Source: an uncultured Candidatus Rokubacteria bacterium (lineage in GTDB: Bacteria; Methylomirabilota; Methylomirabilia; Rokubacteriales; CSP1-6). Taken from it: 64,000 nucleotides of DNA. The position numbers and the translations under genes were made by a program. Every line of letters begins with the position of its first letter. Within the stretch, counting starts at the first letter, position 1. Location of the stretch: positions 160,001 through 224,000 of the forward strand of contig CAVWFS010000007.1 in assembly GCA_963754315.1 (NCBI GenBank), read 5' to 3'. Shown piece by piece: positions 19,286-29,016 of the stretch. The notes beneath the pieces were generated by a model. It did not search any database. It was not told the origin of the DNA and saw only the letters and a program-made list of their open reading frames with translations.

Positions 19286-22179
19286 GTGTGACTCCTGACC
19301 ACCTTCTTGAGATACGTCACGGAAGGCCGGGTCCCGATCTCTTCCAGCACGTGGTAGGCGCGCGGGGAGTGGGACAGTTTGCTGACCTCGCTCGCGTCGC
19401 TCTTGAGATCTCCGAAGCTGATGGCCCGCGTGGGACAGGTCTGCTGGCAGGCGGTCAGGATGTCCCCGTCCCTGACTGGCCGCTTCTCGTCCCGTGCGCG
19501 ATCCTTGCCAGCCATGATGCGCTGCACGCACATGGTGCACTTCTCCATGACCCCGAGCTGGCGCACGGTGACGTCGGGATTGAGCTGCACCTCCAGGGGC
19601 GCCGGAAACTCGTAGTTGAACCAGTTGAAGCGCCGGACGTGATAGGGGCAGTTGTTACCACAATAGCGGGTGCCCACACAGCGGTTGTAGACCTGCGCGT
19701 TCAGTCCTTCATCGGTGCGGTACGCCGCGAACACCGGGCACACCGGCTCGCAGGGCGCGACCTCGCAGTGCTGGCAGAACATGGGCAGGAAGGCCTGCTC
19801 GGGGTGTTCCCCCTTTCCCTCCTCCCACCGCTCGATGCGCAGCCACTGCAGCTGGCGACCGTAGGCGGCCTGGGCCTTACCGACGATGGGCACGTTGTTC
19901 TCGGCCTGGCAGGCCGCCACGCACGCCTGACAGCCCACGCAGGCGTCCACGTCGACGGTCATCCCCCATCGATACCCGGGATACTTCTGGGCCGGGTAGA
20001 GACTCGGCAGGTCGTGACCCATCATCTTTCCGCGCAGGGCCTGCTCGCGGGCTGCCCGCAGATCGACGTGTTGAACGATCTCGCGCTCGTCCTGGTCGTG
20101 GGTGCCCTGCAAGATGGCCAGGGGTCTTCGCGCCCCGGTCTTGGCCAGGGTGACCTTGGTGCCTAGGTAGAGAGGGCCTCCGGACGCACCTTCTGATGCC
20201 GCCGGCAGGAGGGCGACTGGATTCAGTCCCGTCGATGAAGCGGCCACGTAGCGACCGAGCTGGAAGGGCGCGTATCGGTGACCAACAGGAATGGCCACCG
20301 TCCCCGGGTGAATCGAGGCTGATACAAACGCGGGCAGCTCGAGGGCTCCGTGGGGCGACGAGACCCGGAGCACGTCGCCCTGGGCAATATCGAGTTTGCG
20401 AGCCGCTTCGGCGGGCACTTCCACCCAGGCGTCCCAGACCGACTGTGTCATCGTGTCGGGCGTTTCCTGCAACCAGGAGCTGGAGGCGCTTCGGCCGTCG
20501 TAGAAGCGGAATGAAGGATACGCCCACAGTGTGAACCCGCCGGGATCGCCCTCAAGTTTTGGCGGAGCCACATCGAGGGCAGCCACCTTGAGGGTCACAG
20601 CGGCCGGCGATACGTCCTTCCACGCGCCGCCCTGTTGGAGGGCGGCTGCCCACTGACCCGGCAACGCTGCCTCCCAGGTTTCCCGCACGTACTGTCCGGT
20701 GGTGCCCCATGGGAGCGGGCCCTTGCCTTCCTCCGCTCCCAACACGGTTCGCGCGAGCCCGAGGAGGACGTCGGTCATCTGACGGGAATCACGGATGGGG
20801 GCCATGGTCGGTTGCATCAATCCGACGACCCCTTCGCGCGGCGAATAGTCACCCCAGGACTCGAGCCAATGCGTATCCGGCAGGACCAGATGAGCGAGGG
20901 CAGTCGTCTCGTCGGGCTGGTTCGCGAAGCTCACGACCATCCCAACTTTTTTGATCGCGTCCCCTACCTTGAGGCCGCCCGGCAATGTGAACGCGGGGTT
21001 CACCCCTGGACCGAGCAGGAGCAACTCGATCTCCCCCTTGCCCATGGCCTCTACCAGACCGGCCACCTCCACGTACGGCGTTACCTTCGCGTAGGCGGAA
21101 TCGGGGCCGAAGCGAACGGTTTTTCCGACGTTGCCCGCGGCGGCGTTCAGCATGTTGATGGCGGCCAAGGTGGCGGTGGCGTTCGATCCGAGGGTCGCCA
21201 TCCCCCCGCCGATGGCGAGGCCAGGCTTGGCCCGCGCGAATAGCTCGGCGACGTGCTTGATGGTTGCCACCGAAACACCGCTGGCCCTGGACACAGCGTT
21301 GACGCTGACACTCTCGACGAGCTCCCCCAGGCGCCGGTCGGCCAGGTCTTCGTCGACCATCACCTTCAGGATAGCCAGTGCGAGCTGGCCTTCCGTGCCC
21401 GGCGCGTTACGGATCCACTCGTCTGCGTTGGAGGCGGTCAGCGACTGGCGTGGCTCCACGTGGATGACCGTACCGGCACGCCCCTCACGGAAGGTGTGCA
21501 TCCGGGCGAAGCCACTCGAGGTCTCGACGTTGGACAGCCACGTTTCCGTCCAGTCGGCGCCGAAGCTCAGGATTACCTCTGCCTCCTCGAACGCATACTG
21601 TGGAATCGCATCCCGGCCGAAGACTTGGCGGCTGGCCGCCCGCAGGGCCTCGTACCCAAAAGGTTCCACGGCCACCCTCGGCCGCGTTCCCAGGGCCTGC
21701 ACCCACCGATCGAGGAGGACACCAGTGCTGGCCGTCTCGAGCTGAGTCACGAGCGCCACACTTCGGCCTTTGCCCGCTTGACGCAGAGCGGCCACACGGT
21801 CACCGACGAGCTTGATTCCCTCCTCCCAGGCGAGAGGCTTGAGGACCCCACCGTCGCGCCGCTGCGCGCCGCCGAATCGATCGGGGCTATACAGCCTTTG
21901 GACACCCGCCTGTCCGCGCACGCAGAGGGCGCCTCGATTGACCGGATGCTCGGGATTGCCCTCCACCTTGATGATGCGACCCTCGCGATTCTTGGCCAGC
22001 ACGCCGCAGCCGGCAGGGCACTCTCGACAGACCGTGGCGAAGTAGGAGGCTACCCCTGGCACGATCTCGGGGTTGGGCGTGACCATGGCCAGAATGGTCT
22101 CGCTCGTCTGCTGGCACCCGCCGGTGGCAGCCGCTGCCCCGGAGGTCGTGATGATCTTGAAGAAGTCGCGACGATTCAT
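19282..22179 (-). CDS. actB: ActB: molybdopterin-oxidoreductase-like domain fused to a multi-FeS domain, Tat-exported
   Basis: Twin-arginine signal MNRRDFFK, N-terminal CRECPAGC..C, C-terminal CVGCQACVAAC, CQHCEVAPCEPVCP, CVGTRYCGNNCP and KCTMC. Confidence 0.88.
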   Translation of the reverse strand: MNRRDFFKIITTSGAAAATGGCQQTSETILAMVTPNPEIVPGVASYFATVCRECPAGCGVLAKNREGRIIKVEGNPEHPVNRGALCVRGQAGVQRLYSPDRFGGAQRRDGGVLKPLAWEEGIKLVGDRVAALRQAGKGRSVALVTQLETASTGVLLDRWVQALGTRPRVAVEPFGYEALRAASRQVFGRDAIPQYAFEEAEVILSFGADWTETWLSNVETSSGFARMHTFREGRAGTVIHVEPRQSLTASNADEWIRNAPGTEGQLALAILKVMVDEDLADRRLGELVESVSVNAVSRASGVSVATIKHVAELFARAKPGLAIGGGMATLGSNATATLAAINMLNAAAGNVGKTVRFGPDSAYAKVTPYVEVAGLVEAMGKGEIELLLLGPGVNPAFTLPGGLKVGDAIKKVGMVVSFANQPDETTALAHLVLPDTHWLESWGDYSPREGVVGLMQPTMAPIRDSRQMTDVLLGLARTVLGAEEGKGPLPWGTTGQYVRETWEAALPGQWAAALQQGGAWKDVSPAAVTLKVAALDVAPPKLEGDPGGFTLWAYPSFRFYDGRSASSSWLQETPDTMTQSVWDAWVEVPAEAARKLDIAQGDVLRVSSPHGALELPAFVSASIHPGTVAIPVGHRYAPFQLGRYVAASSTGLNPVALLPAASEGASGGPLYLGTKVTLAKTGARRPLAILQGTHDQDEREIVQHVDLRAAREQALRGKMMGHDLPSLYPAQKYPGYRWGMTVDVDACVGCQACVAACQAENNVPIVGKAQAAYGRQLQWLRIERWEEGKGEHPEQAFLPMFCQHCEVAPCEPVCPVFAAYRTDEGLNAQVYNRCVGTRYCGNNCPYHVRRFNWFNYEFPAPLEVQLNPDVTVRQLGVMEKCTMCVQRIMAGKDRARDEKRPVRDGDILTACQQTCPTRAISFGDLKSDASEVSKLSHSPRAYHVLEEIGTRPSVTYLKKVVRSHT

Positions 22180-22183
22180 CGGC

Positions 22184-22774
22184 TCAGTGGTGACAGCTCA
22201 CGCAGTCGAGCGGGGCCTTCGTCCCCGCCGTCGCGTTTTGCTGCCGGTGGCAGTCGACGCACCACCCCATCGTCAATAGCGGTGGCGGCGGTCTCAGCCC
22301 AACCAGGTTGAGCAGATCGTTGGAGAGGCGTGGCCCGGTGCTGGCGACCGCGGTGGTCATGTCCTGGATGGGGCCGTGGCAGGTCTGGCACGTGACACCG
22401 GCCCGCACGTGCGGCTTGTGCGGAAAATACGTGAACTCCGGCACTTTGAACACGCGCGTCCACGGAATCGGCTCCTGCTTGGTCCAGTACTCGGTGAGCT
22501 TCTTGATTTCCGGCTTATCCGACGCCGTGATCTTGTGGCAACCCATGCACTTGGCCACACTGGGCAGACCCGCAAACTCCGAGCGACGCGCGTCAGTGTG
22601 GCAGTACTGGCAATCGATCTTGTACGTCTGCACGTGAACGTTGTGGGGAAAGTTGATGGGCTGCGGTACGGCGACCGCCGCCGCGGGCCGGCGGCCCCAC
22701 GAGGACAACGCGGTGAAGATCAGGAGGGCGAGCAGCACCAAGCCGAGGGCACCGACGCCCACCTTTGCTCTCAT
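22184..22774 (-). CDS. actA: Pentaheme cytochrome c, ActA-like
   Basis: Five CxxCH motifs (CQYCH, CMGCH, CQTCH, CVDCH, CVSCH), QPINFPH and an N-terminal TM helix. Confidence 0.88.
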   Translation of the reverse strand: MRAKVGVGALGLVLLALLIFTALSSWGRRPAAAVAVPQPINFPHNVHVQTYKIDCQYCHTDARRSEFAGLPSVAKCMGCHKITASDKPEIKKLTEYWTKQEPIPWTRVFKVPEFTYFPHKPHVRAGVTCQTCHGPIQDMTTAVASTGPRLSNDLLNLVGLRPPPPLLTMGWCVDCHRQQNATAGTKAPLDCVSCHH

Positions 22775-22848
22775 CGATCGTCTGCAAGGGCCTCCGCGGG
22801 ATGACGAAGCTTGTGAACTCTATCACCAGCGCCGAAACGAAGTCAACC

Positions 22849-23259
22849 CTAACGCTCGATCGAGCGCGGCGGAACATGGACCACCTCGAGCTTGATCCGA
22901 TCCGGATCCTCGAAGAACACTGCGTAATAGCCGGGCGCGTACTCTGGATACTCGCGGGGGCCGCCGTAGAGAACCGGCACGTTGCGGCCCAGCAGGAATT
23001 GAGCGTGGAACGTGTTGACATCACCGCCGGTGCTCACCCGGAAGGCCAGGTGGTTCACGCCCGTCGCCTGCCGGTGAAACCGATGCGCGCGGATTGCCCC
23101 CATGATCCAGATGTCCGTGGTGCCGTCACTGACGCCCAGGGTGTCGGGCTCGGCCACTATGATGCGGTACTCCAGATACTCGAACAGCTCGCGATAGAAC
23201 GGTATCGACTGCGCGACGTCGCCAACATTGAGCTGGATGTGGTAGAGGACGGATTTCAT
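22849..23259 (-). CDS. VOC/glyoxalase family protein
   Basis: LYHIQLNVGD..SIPFY, GVNHLAF, YYAVFFEDPDRIKLE. Confidence 0.88.
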   Translation of the reverse strand: MKSVLYHIQLNVGDVAQSIPFYRELFEYLEYRIIVAEPDTLGVSDGTTDIWIMGAIRAHRFHRQATGVNHLAFRVSTGGDVNTFHAQFLLGRNVPVLYGGPREYPEYAPGYYAVFFEDPDRIKLEVVHVPPRSIER

Positions 23260-23264
23260 TTGGT

Positions 23265-23337
23265 ATGGGGGGCCTCGAAAGGGCCCCCCAGGCCCCCCGG
23301 CGCTCGGTGGGCCCTGGGGGACCCAGGGCCCACCTCG
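23265..23337. repeat. Double-hairpin intergenic repeat, single copy (family A)
   Basis: ATGGGGGGCCTCGAAAGGGCCCCCCAGGCCCCCCG, identical to the start of the 56379 copy, followed by the stem GGTGGGCCCTGGG-GGA-CCCAGGGCCCACC. Confidence 0.88.
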
Positions 23338-23353
23338 GGGAAGCTTGGTGATT

Positions 23354-23520
23354 GGGAGGTGTGACGGCACGTGTTGACGCGCGTCGAGGGACCCGTGTAC
23401 CGAGGGCGAGCTGGCTCTGGGGAGGTGTGACTGGACGTCTTGATGCGCGTAGCGGGACGTGCACACCGAGGGCGAGCTGGTAACTGGAAGTATGACTTCA
23501 CGTTTGGCGCGGGTCGGGGT
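23354..23520. repeat. Degenerate tandem repeat, 66-bp period, ~2.5 copies
   Basis: GGGAGGTGTGAC at 23354 and 23420, GGAAGTATGAC near 23486; ACCGAGGGCGAGCTGG at 23399 and 23465. Confidence 0.8.
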
Positions 23521-23526
23521 CCTGGG

Positions 23527-24801
23527 CTAGGCGAGGGCCTCACTCGCGGCGCGCTCGACGGTGTCGAGATCTAGTTCGGTGTGGGCGAGCGAGACGAATG
23601 CAGCCTCGAACTGGGAGGGGGCGAAGTACACTCCGCGTTCCAGCATCGCGTGGAAGAAGCGAGCGTATCGTCCGGTATCGGAGCCCCGGGCACCAGCGTA
23701 GTCGTGCACCGGGCTCGCCGTGAAGAACCCCGTGAGCATCGAGCCGACCCGGTTGACCGTCACGGCCACTCCGGCCTTCTCGGCGGCGCGCCGCATCCCC
23801 GCCTCAAGCCGGGCCCCGAGCTGCTCCAAGCGTGGATAGGTGTCACGGTCCTCGCGCAGCGCTTTCAGCGTGACGAGCCCGGCCGCGACAGCCAAGGGAT
23901 TGCCCGATAGGGTCCCCGCCTGGTAAACGCCGCCGAGGGGGGCCACGTGACGCATGAGGTCCGCCCGGCCTCCGTAGGCACCGACCGGTAGGCCCCCGCC
24001 GATGATCTTACCCAGACAGGTGAGATCAGCTTGCACGCCGTAACGCTCCTGGGCTCCGCCGTACGCGATCCTGAACCCCGTGATCACTTCGTCGAACACG
24101 AGCAGGGCTCCGTGTCGCGTGCAGAGATCACGCAATCCCTGGAGGAAACCGGGACGCGGAGGAACCACGCCCATGTTGCCGGCTACCGGCTCGACCACCA
24201 CGGCGGCCACGGCGTCGCCATGCCGGCCGAGGACCGTTTGCACCGCCTCGAGATCGTTGAAAGGAACGATCACCGTGAGGGCAGCCAGCGCTGCGGGGAC
24301 TCCACGGCTATCGGGGATGGATAGGGTGGCGCCTCCGGATCCGGCCTTCACCAGCAGGCTGTCGGCATGGCCATGGTAGCAGCCGTCGAACTTCACGATC
24401 AGGTCGCGACCAGTGGCGCCGCGGGCCACCCGGATGGCGCTCATCGTGGCCTCAGTGCCTGAGCTGACCAGCCTTACCATCTCCATCGAGGGGTAGGCGG
24501 CATGGATCGCCTCGGCCATCTCGACTTCCATGGCCGTCGGCGCCCCGTAGCTCGTCCCTCGTCGTGCCGCTTCGGCTACCGCCTCCACGATCACCGGGGG
24601 GGCGTGGCCCAGGATGAGCGGCCCCCACGAGCCGACGAAGTCGATGTAGCTCCGGCCGTCCACGTCATAGAGGCGTGCGCCCTCGGCGCGCGCCACGAAG
24701 AAAGGGTCACCTCCCACTCCCCGGAAAGCCCGTACGGGGCTGTTCACGCCGCCTGGGATGCGGCTCTCGGCAGCGCGCAGGAGCCGTCTCGATTCGGTCA
24801 T
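23527..24801 (-). CDS. hemL: Glutamate-1-semialdehyde 2,1-aminomutase
   Basis: [46 protein letters not shown] (MTESRR) at 24801. Confidence 0.97.
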   Translation of the reverse strand: MTESRRLLRAAESRIPGGVNSPVRAFRGVGGDPFFVARAEGARLYDVDGRSYIDFVGSWGPLILGHAPPVIVEAVAEAARRGTSYGAPTAMEVEMAEAIHAAYPSMEMVRLVSSGTEATMSAIRVARGATGRDLIVKFDGCYHGHADSLLVKAGSGGATLSIPDSRGVPAALAALTVIVPFNDLEAVQTVLGRHGDAVAAVVVEPVAGNMGVVPPRPGFLQGLRDLCTRHGALLVFDEVITGFRIAYGGAQERYGVQADLTCLGKIIGGGLPVGAYGGRADLMRHVAPLGGVYQAGTLSGNPLAVAAGLVTLKALREDRDTYPRLEQLGARLEAGMRRAAEKAGVAVTVNRVGSMLTGFFTASPVHDYAGARGSDTGRYARFFHAMLERGVYFAPSQFEAAFVSLAHTELDLDTVERAASEALA

Positions 24802-24816
24802 GCTGGGGCTCCTGGT

Positions 24817-25007
24817 ATTGGGGGGTCCAGATTCACCCCCCAATCCCCCCACGTTCGTCGCGCCCCGGGGGACCCGGGGCGCTCCTCTGATTTGGTCATG
24901 CGGGCGCTCCTCTGGTCGGTCATGCTGGTTTCGTGGGATTGGGGGGGCCAGATCACCCTCCGACCTCCCCACGTTCGTCGCGCCCCGGGGACCGGGGCGC
25001 GACTCTG
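24817..25007. repeat. Double-hairpin intergenic repeat, two copies (family A variant)
   Basis: ATTGGGGGG(T/G)CCAGAT..CCCCACGTTCGTCGCGCCCCGGGG(G)ACC(C)GGGGCGC..CTCTG at 24817-24889 and 24938-25007. Confidence 0.88.
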
Positions 25008-25046
25008 TTTTGCGCCTGTCAATCTCATGGATGCCTGCGGTCAGTC

Positions 25047-25511
25047 TTAAGCAGTGGTGAGCTCGATGGCGGTGAAATCGCTGCGCGCGGGATCCCAGGC
25101 GAAGCCGGCGGTAGCATCCACGCGGGCCCGCTCGGGGGGGCCCAGCACGGAGGTGACCACGTAAATCGCCTCCGGATAGACGGGTTCGCTTCCCATGAGA
25201 GCCTGGCGCCGGTCCGTTTCCGAGAAGTAGGCACCCGCATCGATGTGAGAGTGATAGATGACCCGTACAGCGAAGCCCTCGGCCTCCAGACGGCCGAGGC
25301 GCAGGAGATCTTGAGGGTCGATGTAGTAGGCGGTTCGCGCATCGCGTGGGTGGCGGACGGGATCACGGGCGTGAAGCTCGTCCTGGACGTTCCGGCATCG
25401 AGTCAGTCGGCGCTCGTCGCCCCGGACCACGATCACCCCGCACGACTCCCGCGGATATTCCTCGATCGCCTGCTGGCGAATAGCGGCCAGCTCGTCCGGG
25501 GTCACGATCAC
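25047..25511 (-). CDS. JAMM/MPN+ metallopeptidase (Mec/CysO-cysteine peptidase-like)
   Basis: EEYPRESCG and the JAMM motif [15 protein letters not shown]; adjacent to a ubiquitin-like sulfur carrier. Confidence 0.88.
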   Translation of the reverse strand: MIVTPDELAAIRQQAIEEYPRESCGVIVVRGDERRLTRCRNVQDELHARDPVRHPRDARTAYYIDPQDLLRLGRLEAEGFAVRVIYHSHIDAGAYFSETDRRQALMGSEPVYPEAIYVVTSVLGPPERARVDATAGFAWDPARSDFTAIELTTA

Positions 25512-25582
25512 CGTCCGCCTCCAGCCAACGCGGGGATGATGGTCACCGTCCGCCTCCAGCCAACGCGGGGATGATGGTCACC
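25508..25582. repeat. Exact 35-bp tandem duplication of the sulfur-carrier gene 3' end
   Basis: TCACCGTCCGCCTCCAGCCAACGCGGGGATGATGG at 25508-25542 and 25543-25577, followed by TCACC. Confidence 0.93.
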
Positions 25583-25824
25583 TCGTCACCGTCGTGGAGG
25601 GCCGTACCGAGCCCGCCCAGAACTTCGATCGCTTCGCTGTTGACGTAGATGTTGACGTGGTGATGGACCTCGCCACCCTCGCTCCGTACGAGTCCCTTCA
25701 AATCCGCATAGGAAGTCTCGAGACGATCGAGCAACTCACCGACGCTTCCGGCTTCGGCCACGACGCGATCGCGATTCTGCGTTGCCCGACGAAACGGCGT
25801 CGGGATGTAGACCGTGACTGCCAT
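25543..25824 (-). CDS. MoaD/ThiS/CysO-family ubiquitin-like sulfur carrier
   Basis: VTVYIPTPFR, VNIYVNSE and C-terminus [18 protein letters not shown]. Confidence 0.92.
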   Translation of the reverse strand: MAVTVYIPTPFRRATQNRDRVVAEAGSVGELLDRLETSYADLKGLVRSEGGEVHHHVNIYVNSEAIEVLGGLGTALHDGDEVTIIPALAGGGR

Positions 25825-25843
25825 CCTTCACGTTCCTCCAGCG

Positions 25844-26761
25844 TTAGGCCGTGCTCAGGTAGCGCTCGCCAGTGTCCGGGAGTACCGTCACCACCACCTG
25901 GGACGGCCCCAGCTCCTCCGCGACCCGGCAGGCCGCCCACGCGGCTGCCCCCGCCGAGACGCCCACGAGCAGGCCCTCCTCGCGGGCGAGCCGTCGTGAC
26001 CAGGACAGTGCGTCCTCATCGCGCACCTGGATGATCATGTCGATGATCGCCCGATTCAGGATTCCTGGGACGAACGAGGCACCAATTCCCTGGATCGGGT
26101 GGGGCCGCGCCTTGCCCCCCGAGAGCACCGGCGATCGGGCGGGCTCCACAGCGACGATGCGCACCGCGGGGAGCTTGGCCTTGAGGATCTCACCCACACC
26201 GGTGAGGGTCCCGCCCGTCCCGACCCCGGCCACGAAGGCGTCCACGTGGCCGTCGACTGCGTCCAGGATCTCGAGGGCCGTCGTGCGGCGGTGGATCTCC
26301 GGGTTGGCAGGGTTCTCGAACTGCTGGGGCATGTAGGCGCCCGGAAATTCCCGAAGCAGCTCGGTGGCGGCAAACACGGCGCCCGTCATGCCCTCGATGG
26401 CCGGTGTGAGCCGGAGCTCAGCACCGAACCGCTCCAGCAAGCGGCGCCGCTCGAGACTCATGTCGTCGGGCATGGTCAGGATGAGCCGGTAACCCTTGAC
26501 GGCAGCCGCCATGGCCAGCCCGATGCCAGTGTTGCCGCTCGTGGGTTCCACGATGGTGGCTCCCGGCGCCAGTAACCCTCGCCGTTCGGCATCTTCCAGC
26601 ATGGCGAGAGCGATCCGATCTTTGATGCTCCCACCCGGGTTGACCGATTCGAGCTTGGCCACGACGATGGCACCGCCCGCGGAGGGCAAGCGGTTGAGCC
26701 TGACCATCGGCGTGTGGCCGATCAGCTCAAGCACGGAGGACGCGATCTTTGCGGCCGTCAT
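25844..26761 (-). CDS. cysK: Cysteine synthase (CysK-like)
   Basis: NPGGSIKDRIA (PLP lysine), EPTSGNTGIG, QQFENPAN, GVGTGGT, IQGIG, DTGERYLST. Confidence 0.93.
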   Translation of the reverse strand: MTAAKIASSVLELIGHTPMVRLNRLPSAGGAIVVAKLESVNPGGSIKDRIALAMLEDAERRGLLAPGATIVEPTSGNTGIGLAMAAAVKGYRLILTMPDDMSLERRRLLERFGAELRLTPAIEGMTGAVFAATELLREFPGAYMPQQFENPANPEIHRRTTALEILDAVDGHVDAFVAGVGTGGTLTGVGEILKAKLPAVRIVAVEPARSPVLSGGKARPHPIQGIGASFVPGILNRAIIDMIIQVRDEDALSWSRRLAREEGLLVGVSAGAAAWAACRVAEELGPSQVVVTVLPDTGERYLSTA

Positions 26762-27189
26762 CAGATGTGATACATCGCCTGGGATCCCGCGCGGATCCGG
26801 GCGCGCTCGGCCAGTTCGCCGAAGGTGAGGCGGTCCACGACCTGCGACAGGGCGCGATCGATTTCTTCCCACAGCTCGGCCAGATCCGCAGTGCGCTGGG
26901 CTTGGCCGTTGCGCATGCCGAGCGTCGTCTGGACCCCTTCCACGGCCCGTAGCACATCCCCCACGGTGACTTCCTCGGGACGACGCGTGAGCTGGTAACC
27001 TCCTGCAGCGCCCCGACGCGAGACCAGCAGCTCCGCGTGCTTCAGCGCCTGGAGCACTTGTTCCAAGTACCGCTGCGGGATTCCCTGACGAGCGGCGATC
27101 TCCTGGATGGGGACCGTGCGCCGCCAGGGTTGGAGTGCCAGGTCGAGCATTGCCTTCAGGGCGTATTCGCCTTTGGCCGAGATCCGCAC
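26761..27189 (-). CDS. Rrf2-family transcriptional regulator (CymR-like)
   Basis: GEYALKAMLDLA, IPQRYLEQVL, SRRGAAGGYQL. No cysteines, so not an FeS-binding IscR type. Confidence 0.9.
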   Translation of the reverse strand: MRISAKGEYALKAMLDLALQPWRRTVPIQEIAARQGIPQRYLEQVLQALKHAELLVSRRGAAGGYQLTRRPEEVTVGDVLRAVEGVQTTLGMRNGQAQRTADLAELWEEIDRALSQVVDRLTFGELAERARIRAGSQAMYHI

Positions 27190-27198
27190 TCCGCGCTC

Positions 27199-28182
<984 letters not shown>

Positions 28183-28183
<1 letters not shown>

Positions 28184-29016
28184 CAGTCTACCCCCTTGCT
28201 CCGCCGCGCCGCCGGCGGCAGCACGCGGGAAAAGTGGTTCTCGATCGCTCGGGCCAGGGCGGGGATGGTGTACTCGCTCGGCATGACCCGGGTGAGCAGC
28301 CCATACTCAGCGGCGGTGGCGGCGGTGATGGGGCCGATGGAGGCCACCGTCACCGCGGTCAGCCAGGCGTGCCGCTCGTCCTCCGTGAACATCTCGGCAA
28401 AGTTGCGTGCCGTCGAAGAACTGGTGAAGGTCACGGCGTCCACCGTGCCCGCCGCCAGCGCGTTGCGCAGGGCCGTTCCACTGGCTCCCACCCGCTTCGT
28501 CGTGTAGACCGGGACCTCGGTCACCACTGAACCGAGCTGAGTAAGTTGCCTGACGAGCAGGTCTCGCGTCTGCGCCGCGCGCGGCAGGAGGATACGATCA
28601 CCGGCCGCGAGCAAGGGCCGGAGCCGCTCCACCAATCCCTCGGCGCGATACTCGTGCGGGACAACCTCGACCCGCAGGCCGTGCTCGGCCAGCGCCTCGG
28701 CCGTGGCGGGGCCAATCGCGGCCAGCCGAGCCTGCGCGAAGCACGCCCAGGTCAAGCGGCGCCCCGTCAACCGGCGATCGACCATGGCCACGCCGTTGAC
28801 GCTGGTGAAGGCGAGCCAGGTGAAGCTCGCGGCGGCGTCGAGGGCCGCGTCCAGAGGCCCCCACGAGGTGGGCGGCTCGATCGAGATGGTCGGTGTCTCG
28901 AGCACGCGCGCGCCCGCTGCCTGGAGCAGGCTGACGAACCGCTGGGCCTGAGCAGCAGCCCGGGTCACCACGATGGTTCTGCCCTCGAGGGGGCGCAGTC
29001 TGGCAATGCTGGCCAT
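28183..29016 (-). CDS. hemD: Uroporphyrinogen-III synthase
   Basis: IVVTRAAAQA, FTSVNGV, IGPATA, FTSSSTA; hem operon context. Confidence 0.92.

Noticed and set aside
19282..22179. Catalytic molybdoenzyme such as nitrate reductase or formate dehydrogenase
   Set aside because: Fusion to the FeS domain and the flanking actA, C, D, E and F genes identify ACIII; I could not recognise a Mo-ligand motif.
24802..24972. N-terminal extensions of HemL and the VOC protein running through the repeats (RPE-like coding insertions)
   Set aside because: Family-like sequence begins at the downstream ATGs, and open frames through GC-rich repeats are expected by chance. Proteomics would be needed to support them.
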